Assembly (NCBI GenBank): GCA_021810105.1 | Contig: JAJZJM010000001.1 | Location: 296,850-360,849, forward strand | Source of the DNA: Candidatus Micrarchaeota archaeon | GTDB taxonomy: Archaea > Micrarchaeota > Micrarchaeia > Micrarchaeales > Micrarchaeaceae | Length of the DNA: 64,000 nucleotides | Direction of reading: 5' to 3' | In this document: positions 60,926 to 64,000 of the stretch, piece after piece | Layout of the letters: each line of letters starts with the position of its first letter | Numbering within the stretch: position 1 is the stretch's first letter | Translations under genes and position numbers: made by a program | The notes under the pieces: generated by a model | What the model was told of the DNA's origin: nothing | The model's input: the letters and a program-made list of their open reading frames with translations, nothing else | Databases searched by the model: none

Positions 60926-63900
60926 ATGGTCCTGGTATTAGCTACAATATTAATCGCATTCATCTCCATATTCATACCAGGTATGCTCTTGGCGCTGGCT
61001 CTGCTGTACAAAAGAACAGAGCTGCATATATTTGAGATAACAGTAATAGGATTCATCTTTGGATTGATGGGGCCTGCAGGCCTTACATGGATAGAATCAT
61101 TTCTTATAGATAAGTTCCACGCATTCTCATTCTCTCTCGGGCTTTTCGAGGCAAATGCGCTTCTGCTAACAATAATAGGCATAGTGCTCTGCATCCAGCA
61201 AGGTGTATTTTCAAACATAGACATAAAAGGGCTGACCAGGAGCGTGCAGATAAAGAAAGAGGAGGCTATCATAAAAGAATCCGAAGCCAATCTCATGAAA
61301 AGGCTCGAGGATACCAGGGCAAGGCTCTCTTATTATGAAGATGCGAGAGAGATAATAGAGAAGCACAAAGCAGAGGAGCACGAGCTAAGGAAGAAACACA
61401 CAGAAGAGCAAAAAATGATAAATCAGCTGGATGCCAACGACAGGACAAAACTTGCCGAACTGCACAAAACCGAAGAGGAAAAGCTTGCAGCAGACCACGA
61501 AAGGGAAGAGATGATACTCCTCAATAGACTTAACAAGCCTGAGCAGTCAAAGCAGTTCATAAATCTAAAGACATCGTGGCCATGGATTATTCTTCTGGCA
61601 TTGATGATACTGTCGTTTGCAACAAGGATACAGGGGATAGCAACCTCTCCAAGTTATTTCGAATTCGACCCATATTTTGACATGATGGCAGCGCAGTCTA
61701 TACTGGTATACGGGCAGCAGTTCTATACTGCGCATTCGGCATGGCCTGTAGAACTTAGCGGGTCCGTAATGAGGATACAGCCCATAATTCCTTATCTGGA
61801 AGCGTACTGGTACGACCTGGCAAATTACCTTGGGCCCAAAAACTACCAGACATTCAGCACAAGCCTAATGAGCTATGTAGGATCTTTCTATCCTCCCATC
61901 ACGGCAGCACTTCTGGTTTTCGCTGTATTCGTGCTACTTTACAGAGAGTATGGAAAATATGTGGCTCTGATAGCGAGCTCAATAGCCGCATCAATGCCAG
62001 TGCTTTTCACAACCTTCATAGCTGGAGAGCAGCTCCTTGAGCCATGGGGGATATTCTCACTATTCTTCTTCTTTGCAATGTATGTGCTTGCGATAAGAGA
62101 CATGAAGAATTCAAGGCTGGCAATACTTGCAGGAATTGCATTCGCCTCAACATTCCTGGGTGCACACTATTATACTGTAGATGCCGGAGTATTCGCGATA
62201 TACATAATCCTCCAAGGAATAATAAGCATAATGAGGGGCAGCATAAACAAGTACTTCTACAAGATGAATGTGATAATGCTTATAGTCATAGCAATCTTCC
62301 TTGCTGCTTATACTGCATACAAATCAACCCTATCAGGAGCGATACCTTCCGTATTGGGACTTCCGACAACAATAGCATGGCCCTTGCTAGCGCTGATTCT
62401 GGTTGCATTCATAGATTATGGACCGAAACTTCTCAAACGCTTTGGAATTTTCTTCAAAAAACTTGATTGGAGAGAGTACATAATGTGGCTGGTTGTGGTG
62501 ATAATACTGGCATCTGCGGTCACAATAGTCTCGCCTCTATACAGGTCTCTTAAAGGCTACATAAACATAAGCGCGCACTACACGACTCCTTCCATACCTC
62601 TATTCATGACTGTACAGGAATTTGAGCCTACAGGACTGCTCTATGACTTTGGCGCAGCGGGTGTTGGGTTAATAGGTGCAAGTATAGGCGGAGTGCCTAT
62701 AGTGGCTTGGCTTGTTGCTGGAATAGGCATATTATTGCTGCTTATGAGCGTAATAATAAGGAGAAGCGAAACAGGAATACTCTACATAGCAATAGCATTG
62801 CCTATAATGTTCGCAGGCTTCTCAGAGGTCAAATACCTGCCACATTTCGGGATAGTGCTGATAGTGCTGCTTGGCGCCATAATAGGAGAAGCGCTCATAC
62901 TTGCAGACAGCGACTTCAATATTAAGAAATACTCAAAAGCAATGCAGCACGGATTTGGCCCTCACGACTTCAATAATGCATACAAAAATCACAAGCAATT
63001 CTTCTTTGCAATAATCGCAATAGGCTTATTCTTCATATCTCCTATCCTTGCAATAATAATGCTGCTCGCGGTTATATTCATAGCCAAACCTGAGAAAGCC
63101 ACATACTTATGGGCACTCTTTGTCTTCTTTATTATAATAGAGGTTGCAGCGCTTCTAGTTAACCATCAGCTAATGCTAGGCGAATCCGGGGCAATACTTC
63201 AGTCTATATCTGCATCATATATCTTCTCTTCCAATTCCGCAAATGCATGCAACACATTCAATAGCAGGGGCAACTCTGTAGGTGCTGACATATACTGCAA
63301 CCAGGTTCCCTCATACTGGATCGCAGCTACGCAGTGGATGCAGAAGAATGTAGGCCCATTTGGCTATAGGATTCTCTCATGGTGGGATTATGGAGACTGG
63401 ATAAACTGGTTTGGAAACTCCCCGGCTGTAATAAGAGGGGACAATTCCGCACCAACAGAGGATTACGCTACAGCTGCCAGCTTCGTGCTAGGCCCAAAAG
63501 ACGGATACTACCCGAGCACAATGGCTCAGGTGATGAGCTCAAACCAGACAAAATACGTGCTTTTCGACCAGGGGCTTGTAGGGAAATGGCAAGCATTGGA
63601 TTTCCTAGCATGCGTAGATATAAATGCAACATCAAAAGCATACGCAATAGCGCAAGGCCAGGCGCAGAATCCTCCGCAGCCTTACGTCCTCGGCACTTCA
63701 GAGTGCGAGCTATCCCACGACCCACAGTTTGTACTTGTGCCTCTTCCAGCGTTGATACCTACAAACACATCTTCTCAGAACCTTTCGTATTACTGCAGCA
63801 GTTCCAATTCTACATCCCTTCTGATAAGCTCCTATCTTGTAGAGGGTAGCAGCCTGTCAAATCAGTCTGTCTGCGTGAGCGGGCAGCCTAACACAAAGGG

Positions 63901-64000
63901 CGTTCTTCAGGTGTACAATAAATCCGGAGGAAAGATGAATGCTGTTATCCAAGCAAGCCAATACGAAGGCGTAATAGATTTATCAGGCATACCTTTCGTA
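60926..64000 (+). CDS. aglB: Oligosaccharyltransferase AglB (STT3 homolog), 3'-partial, with an N-terminal TM + coiled-coil extension
   Basis: The reading frame is open from the ATG at 60926 to the window end (1,025 codons, read by hand; absent from the ORF track because no stop lies in the window). The WWDYG motif (SWWDYGDWINWFG) is at 63380-63394. An STT3-like first-loop motif (FEFDPYFDMM) lies at ~61660-61690. The core is polytopic. Confidence 0.85.
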   Translation, partial: MVLVLATILIAFISIFIPGMLLALALLYKRTELHIFEITVIGFIFGLMGPAGLTWIESFLIDKFHAFSFSLGLFEANALLLTIIGIVLCIQQGVFSNIDIKGLTRSVQIKKEEAIIKESEANLMKRLEDTRARLSYYEDAREIIEKHKAEEHELRKKHTEEQKMINQLDANDRTKLAELHKTEEEKLAADHEREEMILLNRLNKPEQSKQFINLKTSWPWIILLALMILSFATRIQGIATSPSYFEFDPYFDMMAAQSILVYGQQFYTAHSAWPVELSGSVMRIQPIIPYLEAYWYDLANYLGPKNYQTFSTSLMSYVGSFYPPITAALLVFAVFVLLYREYGKYVALIASSIAASMPVLFTTFIAGEQLLEPWGIFSLFFFFAMYVLAIRDMKNSRLAILAGIAFASTFLGAHYYTVDAGVFAIYIILQGIISIMRGSINKYFYKMNVIMLIVIAIFLAAYTAYKSTLSGAIPSVLGLPTTIAWPLLALILVAFIDYGPKLLKRFGIFFKKLDWREYIMWLVVVIILASAVTIVSPLYRSLKGYINISAHYTTPSIPLFMTVQEFEPTGLLYDFGAAGVGLIGASIGGVPIVAWLVAGIGILLLLMSVIIRRSETGILYIAIALPIMFAGFSEVKYLPHFGIVLIVLLGAIIGEALILADSDFNIKKYSKAMQHGFGPHDFNNAYKNHKQFFFAIIAIGLFFISPILAIIMLLAVIFIAKPEKATYLWALFVFFIIIEVAALLVNHQLMLGESGAILQSISASYIFSSNSANACNTFNSRGNSVGADIYCNQVPSYWIAATQWMQKNVGPFGYRILSWWDYGDWINWFGNSPAVIRGDNSAPTEDYATAASFVLGPKDGYYPSTMAQVMSSNQTKYVLFDQGLVGKWQALDFLACVDINATSKAYAIAQGQAQNPPQPYVLGTSECELSHDPQFVLVPLPALIPTNTSSQNLSYYCSSSNSTSLLISSYLVEGSSLSNQSVCVSGQPNTKGVLQVYNKSGGKMNAVIQASQYEGVIDLSGIPFV

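Noticed and set aside
60904-61296. 130-aa minus-strand ORF after rps3.
   Set aside because: It is antisense to the hydrophobic N-terminal part of the aglB ORF. The plus frame continues uninterrupted into an unmistakable STT3 core.
62044-63849. ORF-track entries 62044-62466, 62707-62925 and 63379-63849 (+), and 63468-63725 (-).
   Set aside because: All lie inside the long aglB reading frame (frame of 60926, WWDYG at 63380) in alternative frames. Their Cys/Arg-rich translations are not protein-like.
1-64000. Search for mobile elements, CRISPR-cas, toxin-antitoxin pairs, restriction-modification systems, or rRNA genes.
   Set aside because: I recognised no transposase, integrase or Cas motifs, no terminal inverted repeats and no rRNA-like segments in any frame. 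The accessory character of the window comes from the LRV array and the surface locus.

Overview
This is an archaeal chromosomal window of about 40-45% GC by eye. Archaeal identity rests on the thermosome, RadA, aIF2-alpha, TFE, r-proteins L15e/L34e/L14e/L44e, AglB/STT3, archaeal-type adenylate and cytidylate kinases, a tRNA-splicing endonuclease and intron-containing tRNAs. DNA gyrase (gyrB-gyrA), a nuoABCD block, VKOR and many sequon-rich secreted proteins suggest a Thermoplasmata-like or DPANN/Micrarchaeota-like acidophile, but that is inference only. Most of the window is housekeeping: mevalonate kinase, an envelope glycosylation cluster, the adk-DUF106-L34e-cmk-L14e block, mre11, prefoldin, dtdA, an Lhr-type helicase, trm56, dph5, nadA, PAC2, and the L3-L4-L23-L2-S19-L22-S3 operon. 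There are four tRNAs: Trp and Gly with introns, Lys, and initiator Met.

Two accessory regions stand out.

1. 9.8-17.2 kb. A MoxR-like AAA+ ATPase and a VWA protein with an HExxH motif sit in one co-directional block with seven paralogous genes. Each paralog has a near-identical head, a variable number (1-7) of 26-aa LRV/HEAT-like repeats, and (in six of them) a conserved tail. Six of the seven form a head-to-tail array separated by 6-nt spacers. This is my best candidate for an undescribed system.

2. 38.1-46.8 kb. A tight five-gene surface locus encodes an anchored multi-beta-domain protein, a MinD/ParA ATPase, a ~1,475-aa secreted giant, a protein made of two Cys-bounded pilin-like domains that also close the giant protein, and an anchored beta-sandwich protein.

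A long ORF (aglB, 60926 to beyond 64000) is missing from the supplied ORF track because it runs off the window. I saw no CRISPR array, transposase, integrase or rRNA gene.
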